From NCBI RefSeq assembly GCF_004010195.1, contig NC_057751.1:9807457-9871456 (forward strand): a stretch of DNA of 64,000 nt, given 5' to 3'. The notes beneath the pieces were generated by a model, which worked only from the letters and a program-made list of their open reading frames with translations, was not told the origin of the DNA and did not search any database. Positions 1 to 13,000 of the stretch are shown piece by piece; position 1 is the stretch's first letter, and each line of letters starts with the position of its first letter. A program made the position numbers and the translations under genes. This DNA comes from Chiloscyllium plagiosum. Its lineage: Eukaryota.

Positions 1-104
1 TTGCATCAAGATCCATTCATCATTCATCCTTGTATGTGCCGATTTTTATTGGTTTTTGCTCTTCCTCACCATAAATTTAATTTTAAAATTTTCCTGCCCA
101 TGTA

Positions 105-990
105 CAGAACATTGAACAGTACAGCACAGTACAGACCCTTTGACCCTTGACATTGTGCCGACCTTTTATCCTACTCTAAGATCAAACTAATCTACGTACC
201 CTTCATTTTACTGTCGTCCATGTGCCTATTCAAAGAGTCACTTCAATGTCCCTAATGTATCTGACTCTATCACCACCGCTGGAAGTGTATTCCACACACC
301 CACAACTCTCTTTGTAAAGAACTGACCTCTGACACCTCCCAGAAACCTTCCTCCAATCACCTTAAAATTATGTCCCCTTGTGATAGCCATTTCTGTCCTG
401 GGGAAAAGTCTCTGTATCATCTTGTACGCCTCTATCAAGTCACCTCTTATCCTTCTTTGCTCCAATGAGAAAAGCCTTAGCTCCCTCAATCTTTCTTCAT
501 AAAACAAGCTCTCCAGTTGAGGCAGCATCCTGGTAAATCTCCTCTGCACCTTCTCTAAACCTTCCATATTGTTCATATAATGAGGGACCAGAACTGAACA
601 CAATATTCCATGTGCAGTCTAACCAGGGCTGTATAGAACTGTTGTATAACCTCGTGGCTCTTAAACTCAATCCCCCGGCTCATGAAAGCCAACACACCAT
701 ATGCCTTCTTAACAACCCTATCAACTTAGGTGGCAACTTTGAGAGATCTATGGATGTAGATCCCAACATCCCTCTGTTCCTCCACACTCCCAAGAATCCT
801 CCCATAAACCCTGTATTCTAGATTCAAATTTGACCTTCCAAAATGAATGACTTCACTCTTTTCCAGGTTGAACTCCATCTGCCACTTCTCAGCCCAGTTC
901 TACATCCTGTCAATGTCCCGTTACAGCCTACAACAACCCTCCTCACTATCTACAACTCCACCAACCTTCGTGTCATTGGCAAACTTACTA
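105..990 (-). mobile_element. CR1/HER1-like LINE 3' fragment
   Basis: ORF 238-603 LEKVQRRFTRMLP...LFSLEQRRIRGDLIE...FFTKRVVGVWN is the CR1 ORF2 C-terminus. Confidence 0.85.
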
Positions 991-1315
991 ACCCTAACTC
1001 TAATTAAAAACTCCATGACTTATAGAATCAGAATTAGAATTAGGTTTATTGTCACATCTGATCATGTGAGAGCAATGAAAAGTTCACAATGTCACTGCTT
1101 GCAGCACCATCTTCAGTTCAAATGTACCTAGCTGCAGATTCTTAGGAATAAGTTAGAAGAACAAAGCAATAAAAAGTTCAGATTTACAGTCCTGCCAGGT
1201 AGAGAAGATGGAACAGATGACTCTGCGTTGGTCTCCAGTCCATGTCAGGCCTCGCTTCCTGTCCAAGCCAGGACCTCCCCTCCAGTTTGTGTTGAGCCTT
1301 GCCTCCAGACTGTCA

Positions 1316-1490
1316 AGGCTGGGAGTCCATGTTGGCTTCACCCAAGGACAGCAGTCTGCTTTGGATTCACCTCTAGGCCAGGAGTCCACGCTGGCTTTAC
1401 TTTGAGCCTCATGAGGCTGGGAGTCCGTGGTGACTTCACCTCAAGGCCAGGAGTCCGTGCTGAGTCTATGAGTCCATGCAGCTTCACCCC
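1316..1490. repeat. Degenerate tandem repeat, unit about 30 bp (aggcyrggagtccryrytggcttcacc)
   Basis: 4-5 diverged copies visible by eye. Confidence 0.55.
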
Positions 1491-2329
1491 AGCCATTGGT
1501 AAGAAGAGAGAGAAAAAAACCAAAAGGCAAAAAAAAAGGAAATGGACAGAGTGGATGAGCTCTGTCTCAGGAATCCTACTCAGCCACCATCTTAGATCGA
1601 TGCTTTATACTTCTTATCTGACTAACTTCTTTCATCTTTAACGCATTCCAAGATCTCTATGACTGTACCCCTGTGCTCCTTCAGTCCTGAATCCTGTGTA
1701 TCCAGCTTAAATTGCTCCAGTGTTGGTAGTTGTGCCTCCAGCTGCTCAGATACTAAAGTCTGTTCCTCTCCTACTTTTAACTCTCTGTTCTCCTTTCATA
1801 CATTTTTTAAAAGCCACTACTTGGAGGGCTTTATCCTAATATCTCCTTTTTTGGATTGTAACCAAATTTTATCAGGTAACCTTTTCTGAGAAATGTATCA
1901 GAATGTTCCATAGTTTTAATATTTAAACTTGCAGGTTGTTAGAAATGCTACATCCAGTTTGGAATCCATGCTCCAATCAAGAAAGGTCTTGCTCCTGATG
2001 CAACCCCAAGCTGGAGTTCTGGCATGGTAAAACTTTGGGTTCTGACAGTGTAGAAAGTCATTCAGGAATAAAAATACACCTATAAGTGAGAAGTTACTAT
2101 TCCTTGTTTTTTCTTATGGAGTTTTTCAATTTTCCTTAATCTGAATACAGTTAAACTCAAATTACTTGATTTGCCAGGACACTGATCTTTGCACAGTTTA
2201 GATGAAGTCTATCCCAATAGAACTGTTCTTGTTTCCCCTGTATTTGTGTCAGTATTCCAATCTTTGAGCCAGACATTTATTTCTCTGATTTAATTTACCT
2301 TTGTTTTCATCCAATGCCAATTTGCTTAT

Positions 2330-3050
2330 GGTTGGGGAGTAATCTGAAGATTATTGTCTTTATGGGCATGCTTTTTAACTTCACCCCAAGCTGCTTATAC
2401 TCTTTCAGCAGAAGTTTCTTCCTACGTGTGTGGTTGGTATTATGTTCAACCACAACAATTGGATCCTTCTGTTCTCACTCTAAATTCTCAAGAGATGTAT
2501 TTAACACTGGCAACATACCCTACGGGACTTAAGCTTCATTCTGCCAAGAATGGTGTCACACCTTTCCCTGCACTCTCCTTTTCTATGACCATATTTCTCT
2601 GTAGTCCCTCAACTTGAATGGCCCTCTGTATCACAGTGGTGTGGTCACTTTGCTCATCTTTCCTCCAGTTCCCACTGTCTTCCACACAGGATGCAAGAAC
2701 CTCGCACCTATTAGACAAGTGCAAGGGCTGTGGCTTCTTCAGTGCAACTTTCCAGATTCCCATATCCCTTTCAATTGTAGTTAGACTCTCCTGTACTTGA
2801 CTATCGACAAAGTGGTAGAAAACGTAGGTTGGTTTTCTGGTTCCTGGAACACACATGGTTCATTGTGTCCAAAACTTGGGCTCCAGTTCATTGAGTTGAA
2901 GTTTCTCAAATGCAGGTGCTTACGACCAATGTGGTTGCCGTGGATCAGATTGCAGTTCAGCAGCTCCTACATGCTTCAGCTGCAGCACAGCACCTGCCCT
3001 TCCAGCTTTGTTGTATTTTCTCTGAGAGTGAGAGTTTCAAGATTTGAAAT
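2330..3050 (-). mobile_element. Degraded CR1 LINE ORF1 region
   Basis: QPLHLSNRCEVL and Cys-rich CCAAAEAC-type segments typical of CR1 ORF1. Confidence 0.5.
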
Positions 3051-4250
3051 ATTCCCCTAACAATTATTTTTAGCTTCATGAAATAATTTAAGTCATTAAG
3101 CCATAAATTTAATACAGTCCTCATGCAACCAACTTCCTGAGTTGAGAGAAACAAATGTCAAGCTCACCAAACTACTGACCAATCACCTACTGGCTTACCT
3201 ATTAATGCCTTGAGACATCAGCTCTCAGATCTTGCTGCCTCTCTTGTCTTGTACAAAATCAGAACAGAAATACCAAGTACTCTGTTGAAACTGTACTCTG
3301 TTGAGGAACTGCTATCTGTTTAATAGCTTTAACTTTACACTTTGCTCTTGGATCTTCAGGGAAAGATACACTAAAATGCCCAGATCTCTTTCCTTCACCT
3401 GTCTTTAATTCTGTTCCTCTGTGGTAATATACTCAGCATTTGATCTACCCAATGAGAAACACCGCATGTCCTGAAGTTAAACATCATTTGGTAAACACGA
3501 GCCCATTTATCCAACAAGATCTGCTTTCTGTGCTCAAGCTCCTCCATAGTTCCAACTCCCACATACATTTTGGGGTCATTCACAACTTGTGGTTTATTCT
3601 CCAAGATTATTGATAAACTTGGTAAACAGTAAAGTTAGTGAATGAGAAACAACATTGGCGAGCAGTCTTCAAGCAGATCCAAATCTATTGACTGCAATTT
3701 TCAGCCTACAGGTATTCAGCCAGGTCTCAATCTACTGGAGTGATTTGCCATTAATTGCACATGGTTCTGCCTGTCAATAAGCAATTTGAGAGGTTCTCCT
3801 AAAGTTGCTTTACATGAGGTAGCTGTTTCAAACATGTTCCTTCAGCTTTTGGTCACAATTCCTAATTTCTTTCTGAGCTCTGCACCCACTCTCCATGTTA
3901 ATTATATTTAAAATGTTGAATACCACATGTTATTATTGCCACACTTCCATTTATTGCCCAGATCGAACAATGGAGGGGTTTTCTGGATCATGTCGGAGGA
4001 CACTTGAGCAATATCTACCTTGGTGTGTGACTGAAGGCAGATCAGTAAGTTGGCAAACCTCCTTCCCTAACTAGAAAACCAGTTGGAATTTTACTGTAAT
4101 CACATTTTCATTTACAGATTTTGAATTTGAATAATACCATGGTATTTGAACTCTCTTTTCTGGATAATGAGACCTAGCCTCTGAAGTATCAGCAATGTAA
4201 CATAAACAATGCACTCCAGTCCCTTCATTTTATACAGCTTCACAGTTCTC

Positions 4251-5558
4251 TCCCCTTCCTGGACCATCTCAGACACCTCCCTCCCCTTCCTGGACCATCT
4301 CAGACACCTCCCTCCTCTTCATGGACCTCTCCATCACCATCTCCGGCAACCGACTAACTACAGACATCTACTACAAGCCCACTTACTCCCACAACTACCT
4401 AGACTACACCTCCTCCCACCCTTCCTCCTGTAAAAATCACATCCCTTATTCCCAATTCCTCCGCCTCCACCGCATCAGTTCCCAGGATGACCAGTTCCAC
4501 CTTAGAAAATCCCAGATGGCCTCTTTCTTCCAAGATCGCAATTCCTTTCCCATGTGGTTGACGATGCCCTTCAGTGCATCTCCTCCACTTCCTGCACCGC
4601 TGCCCTTGAACCCCACCCCTCCCAACACAACAAGGACAGAAACCCCTAGTCCTCACTTTCCATCCCACCAACCTCCGCATACATTGCGTCATCCTCTGCC
4701 ACTTCCGTCACCTCCAAACAGACCCCACTACCAGAGATATATTTTTCTCCCCACCCCTATCAGCATTCTGGAGAAACCATTCCCTCTGCGACTCCCTCAT
4801 CAGGTCCACGCGCCCCCGCCAGCCCACACCCCACTCCTGGAACCTCCCCTACTGCCACAGGAATTGAAAAACCTTCGCCCACACCAGTCCCCTCACCTCC
4901 ATCCAAGGCCCCAAAGGATCTTTCCACATTCGACAGAAATGTACCTGTACCTTTACCAATGTCATCTACTGTATCTGTTGCATCCGATGTGGTCTCCTCT
5001 ACATCGGTGGGACAGGACCCTTTCTTGCAGATTGTTTCAGAGAACATCTCTGGGACACCCGCACCACCAACCCCACCGCACCGTTGCTGAACACTTGAAC
5101 TCCCCCTCCCACTCCATCAAGGACATACAGGTCCTGGGCCTCCTCCACCCCCAAATCGTTACCATCTGTTGCCTGGAGGAAGATCGCCTCATATTCTGCC
5201 TTGGGACCCTGCAACCACATGGCATGATTGTGGATTTCAACAATTTCCTCATTTCCCCTCCCCCGACATTATCCCAGTCCCAAGCCTCCAACTCAGCACC
5301 ACCCTCCTGACCTGTCAATCACCTTTCCCATGTATCCGTTGCACCGCCCCGCCCGACCTACCACCTTCTCCTTCACCTTCATCCACCTATTGCTTTCTCA
5401 GCTACCTTCCCCCCAACCCCACCCCCTCCCATTTATCTCTCAGCCCCCCAGGCCCACAAGCCTCATGCCTGATGAAGGGCTTATGGCCGAAACATCGATT
5501 CTCCTGCTCCTCTGATGCTGCCTAGCCTGCCGTGCTTTTCCAGCACTACACTCTCGAC
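4251..5558 (+). mobile_element. Penelope-like retroelement, 5'-truncated (RT C-terminus, GIY-YIG region, terminal repeat with hammerhead motif)
   Basis: [44 protein letters not shown]; CTGATGA..GAAA at 5469-5492. Confidence 0.85.
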
Positions 5559-6454
5559 AGCTATAAGATCTGTCAGAAGGGGTTTCTTCAAATGAAATAA
5601 TGTGAGAGTTACAGTTGCTATACTAATTTGACCATTGCATTTATGTTGTGCATAGTTCACCATAAACTTATCAGAATTCCTCAGTGGCAAAACACACTCT
5701 GGGTGATGGAATGGAATCAAAGTGCAGATAACAGAACACTTGGACTAGTCAGGACGCTCTGATTTCTTTCAGATGCCAGATTTTTAATTGCACCATTGCT
5801 AGCAGTCTTCTGTTGTGCAGGATAAGAATTTCTGCTGAAGCAGTTAAATCTGTACCATTTGTACAGATACAGCAATGATTCATTGTGATTGATGAATAAC
5901 AATGCAGTAGGAGATCAAACTCACTCAAACCAGGTTAGTACCAACAGCTGACCCAATGTAAATTCACTTTTCTGTAAACAGTGTTGTAAACTGTAATTAG
6001 CAGGAACATGCAACAATATTTGAAGAAGCTCTGCACTCAAATTTCCAGCTCAGCATGTTTAACCAAAAAGGCTGCGAGGTTCATTCCCAGACTTTGCCGG
6101 ATGGCAGGAATGAGGGATTTGAGGATAGGTACAATGGAATTCTGAGCTCTGAGCAGGGGAAAGCAAATAAGCCTGGGTTCCTGTGTTGGCCTGCTGACCA
6201 GTGATTGCCTGTTGGGAAGTGCATCTGAGTCCAGGATGGAATTAGCTGTGATGCTACCACTCACTTTCAGACTATTTTGGTCAGCACTGGAGTGTGATTC
6301 AGCATGAGTCATCACCTTCAGAACAAAATATGTGGGGAGGGCTTAAGAGGAGAGCTTTTGATTTTGGAGCAAAGTCCAGGGGTACAGATCAGAATGAGAA
6401 GGAAAGAACTTGAATTTCTGCCCTGCATTTGCCCATCTCAGAATATCCCAAAGT

Positions 6455-6843
6455 CATAGAGATGGAGCTGTGCAGCACGGAAACAGACCCTTCAGTCCAA
6501 CCCATCCATGCCAACCAGATATCCCAACCTAATCTAGTCCCCCTTGCCAGCACCCGGCCCATTTCCCTCCAAACCCTTTATATTCATATACCCATCCAGA
6601 TGCCTCTTAAATGTTGCAATTGTACCAGCCTCCACCACTTCCTCTGGCAGCTCATTCCATACACTCACCACTTTCTGCGTGAAAAGGTTGCCCCTTAGGT
6701 GTCTTTTATATCTCTCCCCTCTCACCCTAAACCTATGCCCTCTAGTTCTGGACACCCCCACCCCAGGGAAAAGACTTTGCCTATTTATCCGATCCATGCC
6801 CCTCATGATTTTATAAACCTCTATGAGGTCACCCCTCAGCCTC
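6455..6843 (-). mobile_element. CR1/HER1-like LINE 3' end
   Basis: [41 protein letters not shown]. Confidence 0.85.
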
Positions 6844-6992
6844 TGATAACTAAATCAATCTTTCTGAAGTGTTCCTGCTAGAGATAGTCCACAGTATGAA
6901 AGTCATCTAAAAGGATGTTATTGTTTCTGAAATATCAGGATATGAAGAACATCTCTGGAGCACTTGATACATACATCCCAAATTGCTCCTAC

Positions 6993-7071
6993 CTGCCCAT
7001 TTTGTTAGCGAGAACACCAAAGAGATTTGTGCCCATCAAGTAGCTGATTGTGGATGGCAAGAAAGCCAAAC
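6993..7071 (-). CDS. SLC18A1: SLC18A1 coding exon 10 ([27 protein letters not shown])
   Basis: ggcag| ... AG|gtagga, 79 nt; preceded by a 110-bp intron; TM8. Confidence 0.93.
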
Positions 7072-10000
7072 CTGCCAGAAGAGAACATCCAGGTCAGGAA
7101 AAAGGCAAACAAGGTGACTCTGCCTCAGCCTTTCACATCCACACAGACAATGGTTTCAACTTGATATTTGTGGCAACATACCCAAGTGCAGTTTAGGAGA
7201 ACACATGGTCTTCATCATCCAGATTGGTAGCGCCTGGTCCAGCATTGCGATGGCCATATTTGAGAAGCACAGGCTTCCTTGAAATAAATAACAGGCCCAA
7301 CTTTCAATCAATACATGCATTTGCCCGAAGGAGTTATGAGCAGGAGAAGGCAATTTGGTCCTTGAGCCTGCTATACCAGTGAATAAGATATTGTTGTAAC
7401 CTCAGTTCCATACTCCCACCTACCTCTGACGACATTTCATTCTCTTGCTAACCAAAAGTTCATCTATGTCTGCTTTAAAAATATTCAAACAGTCTGCTTT
7501 TCCTGCCTTTTGGGGAAGAGAGTTCCGAAGATTCATAACCCTCTGTGAGAAGAAATATTTAAAATGTGCATTTGACAACTCAATGTTGGAAATCTGAGCA
7601 AATGAAAAATTCACCCTCACCCCTTCAGATGAGAAAGAAACCAAATAAGCTCCATTCGTTAAGATTTTTCTTTACCTGTGCACTTAAAGTTAAGTGCAAG
7701 TAATTAAATCCTTCTATATCTCACCACTGTGCTTGGATACACTTTATGTGCACACAATTAATAGCAGCTAAAGGAGAAATGAATTTCTAAGAAAAGGACT
7801 GTGTTTAGAACATTGGAGAAGGTTCAACAGTTGAACATTAAATGTATCAGGCGACCATTCTCTTGCTTCTGTTTTCGATGTTTCAAAGACATTTAACGTG
7901 TCAAGGGTTTGGAGACAGAGCAGTAGTATGGCATTGAGAGAGAAGGTCAGCCATGACCATACTGGACAGTGAAACAGGCTCCCTGGACCAAAGAGCCTCC
8001 TCGTACACCTTTTTGCTCTGTTTATCCCAGTATTCTAGTTTGGTGCCTCAGAACGACAAATTGCCAGCCACTCTTCAACCCAATCATTTGAAATCAAAAA
8101 TGATATTCCCTTGTAATGTGTTCCTCTAAAAAGTTATTCTCAGGAGTCACTGGCAAGGCCTGGAAAGGTGCCAGTGGACCTCCTTCTTCTTGAACCACTG
8201 TGAGCTGTTTGATAAGACCCAGTTGGGCCATTTAAGAGGGGAGTTTAAAATCAGTTGCGTTGGTGTGGGACCACAGTCATGTATGAAACCAGATTGGATA
8301 AGGATGGAAGATTTCCTTCCCTAATGGCTATCTGTGAACCAGAAGACCTTTTCCAACAATCTGACAGCTTTAGTTTAAAGGAGGCGCTGGTGTGTTGGTA
8401 ATATCCTTGGACTAGGAATGAAGAAACCCAGGCTAATATTCTGAGGTCTTGAATTCATGTACAGCAGTGGCAGTGATGAATTCAACAGAAATCGGTAATT
8501 TGAACAAAAAAAGCAAGGCGAGTGGCAATCATGTGACCACACTGATTTGTTGTAAAAAACATACTAGTTCATTATTGTCCTTCAGGGAAGGAAATGAGCC
8601 ATCCTGCCTCCCTCAGCTCACAAATTCACTCCAGATCCACACCAGTGTGGTTATCTGTTAAGGTGTTGTCTCCAATTTGGGATCAGCAGTAGATGCTGGC
8701 CTGACCAGCAATGTCCAAATCATGTGAGTAAAGAATAAAGTGAAAATGATGGCAATTTGGATGAGCACTTCCCTGAATTGTAAGGCTGTAGCTCTGGATT
8801 ACGAGTCCACTAGCATAACCATGACACAATCATAATTTTCACTTTGTGTATTCTAATTCTATCACTATCACTGAAACTTTCCGACAACAAATTTCTGGAG
8901 ACACATGCTTTGAGGCACACATATGTGAAAGAATTCTCTTCTTATCCATTTTCTAGATTAACATCTATAATTTATTCGCTCACGAAGAAATCTGCAGAGT
9001 GTCTCAGAAGCCAGGTTTTCTGAAAACCATCCTAAATCAAAAGTCACGCAAATATTTCTGAAAACTCAATCCTTCCTGGGATAATGTGTAAACAATGGAT
9101 CTGCTTACCGGCAGCAATCAGTATGTAGGGATCTCTCAACAATGTTAACAGAGACGATCCTTTCTGACTCTGTAATCAGAACAACAGAAATAGCAGTCGG
9201 TCAAGCTATCATCCCATCCAAAGCCAGCTTGAATTCTGACAGAGGAGACCAAATGCTACTGTTGTAAATAGTTCATATTGAAGTACAAATCCTCTTGTAA
9301 TATTCAGGGCTGAAATCAAGTTCTGAGAATGAACAGATGGATTGCTCGTTTAAATAATTATTATATATTTCAGATAAATTATAAATTCCTGATAGAATGC
9401 CAAAATAACATTCAATGACCTCCTCAATCATGTTTCAACTCTATTACTAGTTCTGTTCTGCAGCTCCAGATGGAAAGAGTGAGATCAGTCAGCCTTGTTA
9501 CAGATATTTAATGTTCATTTTCTGAATTGAAAGGTATGACATTTGAGATTGATATTGTCTCCCTGTCATTCTGTTGTTTTAGGGTGCTGGATGAATGCAG
9601 CTTATTGTTGTGAGGGATTCCATGGTATCAAAAGAGTGCTGAAGGAAGAAAGAAAAACTGGTCACTCACCTCTGCAATAGCTTTAGTGGGAGAAAGGATG
9701 AAGAGCTGGAGAGCTGGGTGAATAGAAAAAGGAATTCAGCATTCAATAATTTAAGCAAATTAGCAGTTATGAAAAACTAGCAGGAAAGAAAATTGTGAGT
9801 TAAATCTGGTTCATTCAGGGATTCAGGGACATCAATTGCCTTTCAAAGTAAAATCTCTTCATGTGCTGTTCTATTCTGTCTTTTTTCAAGCATGCAAATG
9901 TTTCGAGACAGAGGAGATTATACAAAGGAAGATCACTCGAGGTGGTGTTTTGAAAGCCCATTCAGTGTTGGAGAAGCAAAGAGTTAGATTCTGCAATTCC

Positions 10001-13000
10001 AATTTAAAACTGTTACCCCCTCCACAATTACCTAACAAAGGGGGCAGGGATGTGACCTGCACTCAAACCTGTCTTTCGCTGCCCATCTTGATCTTGGGCA
10101 AAAGACTGACTCTGCTCTGACGCCTTCTTAATTTCATGGCTGTAGTGGAGACTCACAATTACTGACCTCAGTGACAATCCACTCACCAATTGGTCAAGTT
10201 GTACACAAAGAAACTAATTTAAAAGGACTGCTTTGGAATAGCAGATTTGTTCTGTGCCAGTCAAATAGTAACTTTGCAGAATCCTTGCTGCCACAGGAGC
10301 AGCTTTAACTGAGGTTGGCAACATCCCACAGTTGAAGTATCAGCTGTTTCAGAAAACAAACTGGCTCTGACTAAGATCATCTCCTACTGTCTCCAGAAGG
10401 GTTGATGACACTACTGTGGGTAAAACACACCCCCAACAGTACCCTTCCACCGACACTCTCATTCGTTTGGCCAACTGGTCCTCGCCCTCAACAATTTCTC
10501 CTTTGAATCCTCCCACTTCCTCCAGACCAAAGGGGTAGCCATGGGCACANNNNNNNNNNNNNNNNNNNNNNNNNNNNNNNNNNNNNNNNNNNNNNNNNNN
10601 NNNNNNNNNNNNNNNNNNNNNNNNNNNNNNNNNNNNNNNNNNNTTCATCCCCTCCCCCACTCACCTATTGTACTCTGTGCTACTTTCTCCCCCCCACCAC
10701 CCTCCTCCATCTTATCTCTCCACCCTTCAGGTTCACTGCCTTTATTCCTGATGAAGGGCTTTTGCTCGAAACGTCAATTTTACTGCTCCTCGGATGCTGC
10801 CTGTGGTTCAGGCAGCACCACTAATCCAGACACTAATATGGGTGGCTACCAGGTTAGGCCAAATGTACCTTCTGCCTCATAATTTAACAAAACAAATAAT
10901 TCACATGAAATGTAGAACATTCTGTCTTTTTTCAGTAAATCAGCAGTGTTTCACAATTTAAAATTGTACCGACCTCCATCGATTAAAGCCAAGCCTGCCA
11001 AAATCAGAAAAGGAGATGACTTTCCCACATATTCATACATCACACTTCCGAAAGGTGCTCCAACTGCAAGCAATGAAAAATTGGAATGAATCCAAATGAA
11101 ACTTACCAAGAACCAGCTGCAAACACAAGTGAATGGGTGGCACGGTGGCATAGTGGTTAGCACTGCTGCCTTACAGTGCCACGGACCCAGGTTCAATTTC
11201 TGTCTGTGTGGAGTTTGCACATTCTCCCCGTGTCTGCGTGAGTTTCCTCCGGGTGCTCTGGTTTCCTCCCACAGTCCAGAGATGTGCTGGTCAAGTGAAT
11301 TGGCTATACTAAATTGTCCATAGTGTTAAGTGCATTACTCAAGGGAATGGGTCAAGGTGGGTTACTGTTCGGAGGGTCGGTGTGGACTTGTTGGGCCGAA
11401 GGGTCTGTTTCCATACTGCAAAGAATCTAATCAATGGCCAAAAGGTTGTTAATTTTATTCCATTCAGTCCTGTGTATTGCCCTGTCCCTGCTGCTGATAA
11501 TTAAAGCTCCAGAGATGAATGAGAACATTTCAAGATTCTGACCTCTTGGCTTGTCTTCCCAGGTTCTGGTCTGCACTTCCTTGAACAAACTTGCTGAGGT
11601 CAAGATTTAAACAAAGGGACCGAAGGTATGGCTTTTGACTGAGCACCCTTCTTTGGGAACGAGACAGTATGGGAGTAGATCTGAGAATGTTTGTTGCTCT
11701 TTTTGATTTGATTTGATTTGATTTATTATTGTCATGTGTAATGAGGTAAAGTGAAAAGAGTTGTCTTACATGCCTGACAGTACAAATGTAACAGTACATA
11801 GTTTCATCTACGTGCAATGTACACATTACTTACCAAGCACCCCCACAGCTATGCCTCCCAGTGCTATGCCCATGGTTTTGCCTCTTTCATTGTCATCTGT
11901 ATAATAACTGGCTAACATTGCCAAACCTACAGAGAAAGAAACCATTAGTCCAACAATCACTAAGTCATAAAGAAAAAACTCAAGCAACATCCATTACTTC
12001 TCACAAAACTGGAACTCATCCTTAGTCTGTCAGCCCATTTTATTGTTATGGTGTGGAGGTGCCAGTGTTGGACTGGGGTGGACAACGTCAGAAATCACCC
12101 AACACCAGGTTATAGTCCAACAGGTTTATTTGAAATCACAAGCTTTCAGAGCGCTGCTTCTTCATCAGTTGGAGTCCAGTTGACGAAGGAGCAGCTCTCC
12201 AAAAGCTTGTGATTTTAAATAAACCTGTTGAATTATAACCTGGTGTCATGTGACTTCTGACTTTATTGTTGTGTAGAATTTCAGTGAACTTGTCACCATT
12301 GCACTGTCATTTTTGAAAGCTTCTGAATATTCAGAACTGAATATTCAGAATATTCTGAACCAGAAGACCAATATTTTAATGCTGAATGGTCCGATCTATT
12401 TGGCTTCTCTTCATTATTTCACCCAGGTTATTATTAGCTTCTGAAATCTCATACAGTTAATTGTTGCTGAAGCAGGCAGATGGAAAAGATATGTTCAGGA
12501 AATAAATCCTACCCTCCTCCATTTGATTAGATTAGATTAGATTCCCTACAGTACGGAAACAGGCCCTTCGGCCCAACAAGTCCACACCAACCCTCCAAAG
12601 AGTAACCCACCCAGATCCATTCCCCTATCCTACATTTACGCCTGACTAATGCGCCTGACATTATGGGCAATTTAGCATGGCTAATTCATCCGACATGCAC
12701 ATCTTTGGATTGTGAGAGGAAATCAAAGCACCCAGAGGAAACCCACACAGACCACAGGGAGAATGTGCAAACTCCACACAAGACAGTTGCCTGACGCGGG
12801 AATCAAACCTGTGTCCCTGGTGCTGCGAAGCAGTAGTGCTAAACACTGAGTCAATGTGCCACCATATTCTGGGCCCCAGTCCTGTTGATTCCCTCCCATC
12901 ATCTTAACAATGCATTTATCCAGATTCCCCTAAAATAGTGGTTTCATTCTTCTTATTCAACTTTCTTTTTAAAACTTTGCTCATTCAGCGTTTCCTAAAG

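Noticed and set aside
1316-1490. Roughly 30-bp repeats as a CRISPR-like array
   Set aside because: Vertebrate DNA, degenerate adjacent units with no unique spacers, no cas genes.
3399-3470. 72-nt exon-like segment on the minus strand (ttcag| ... AG|gtgaag), open and phase-compatible with the SLC18A1 intron
   Set aside because: Translation (TCGVSHWVDQML...) is unlike the expected TM9 exon (WLCSL.GM...) and the donor is weak; the true next exon was not found in 1-6990 and is presumed outside the window.
4321-5310. 329-aa Pro/His-rich ORF
   Set aside because: Frameshifted Penelope RT/endonuclease remnant read partly out of frame; not a host gene.
11135-11200. tRNA-like sequences at SINE heads
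   Set aside because: They are A/B-box heads of HE1-like SINEs, not tRNA genes.
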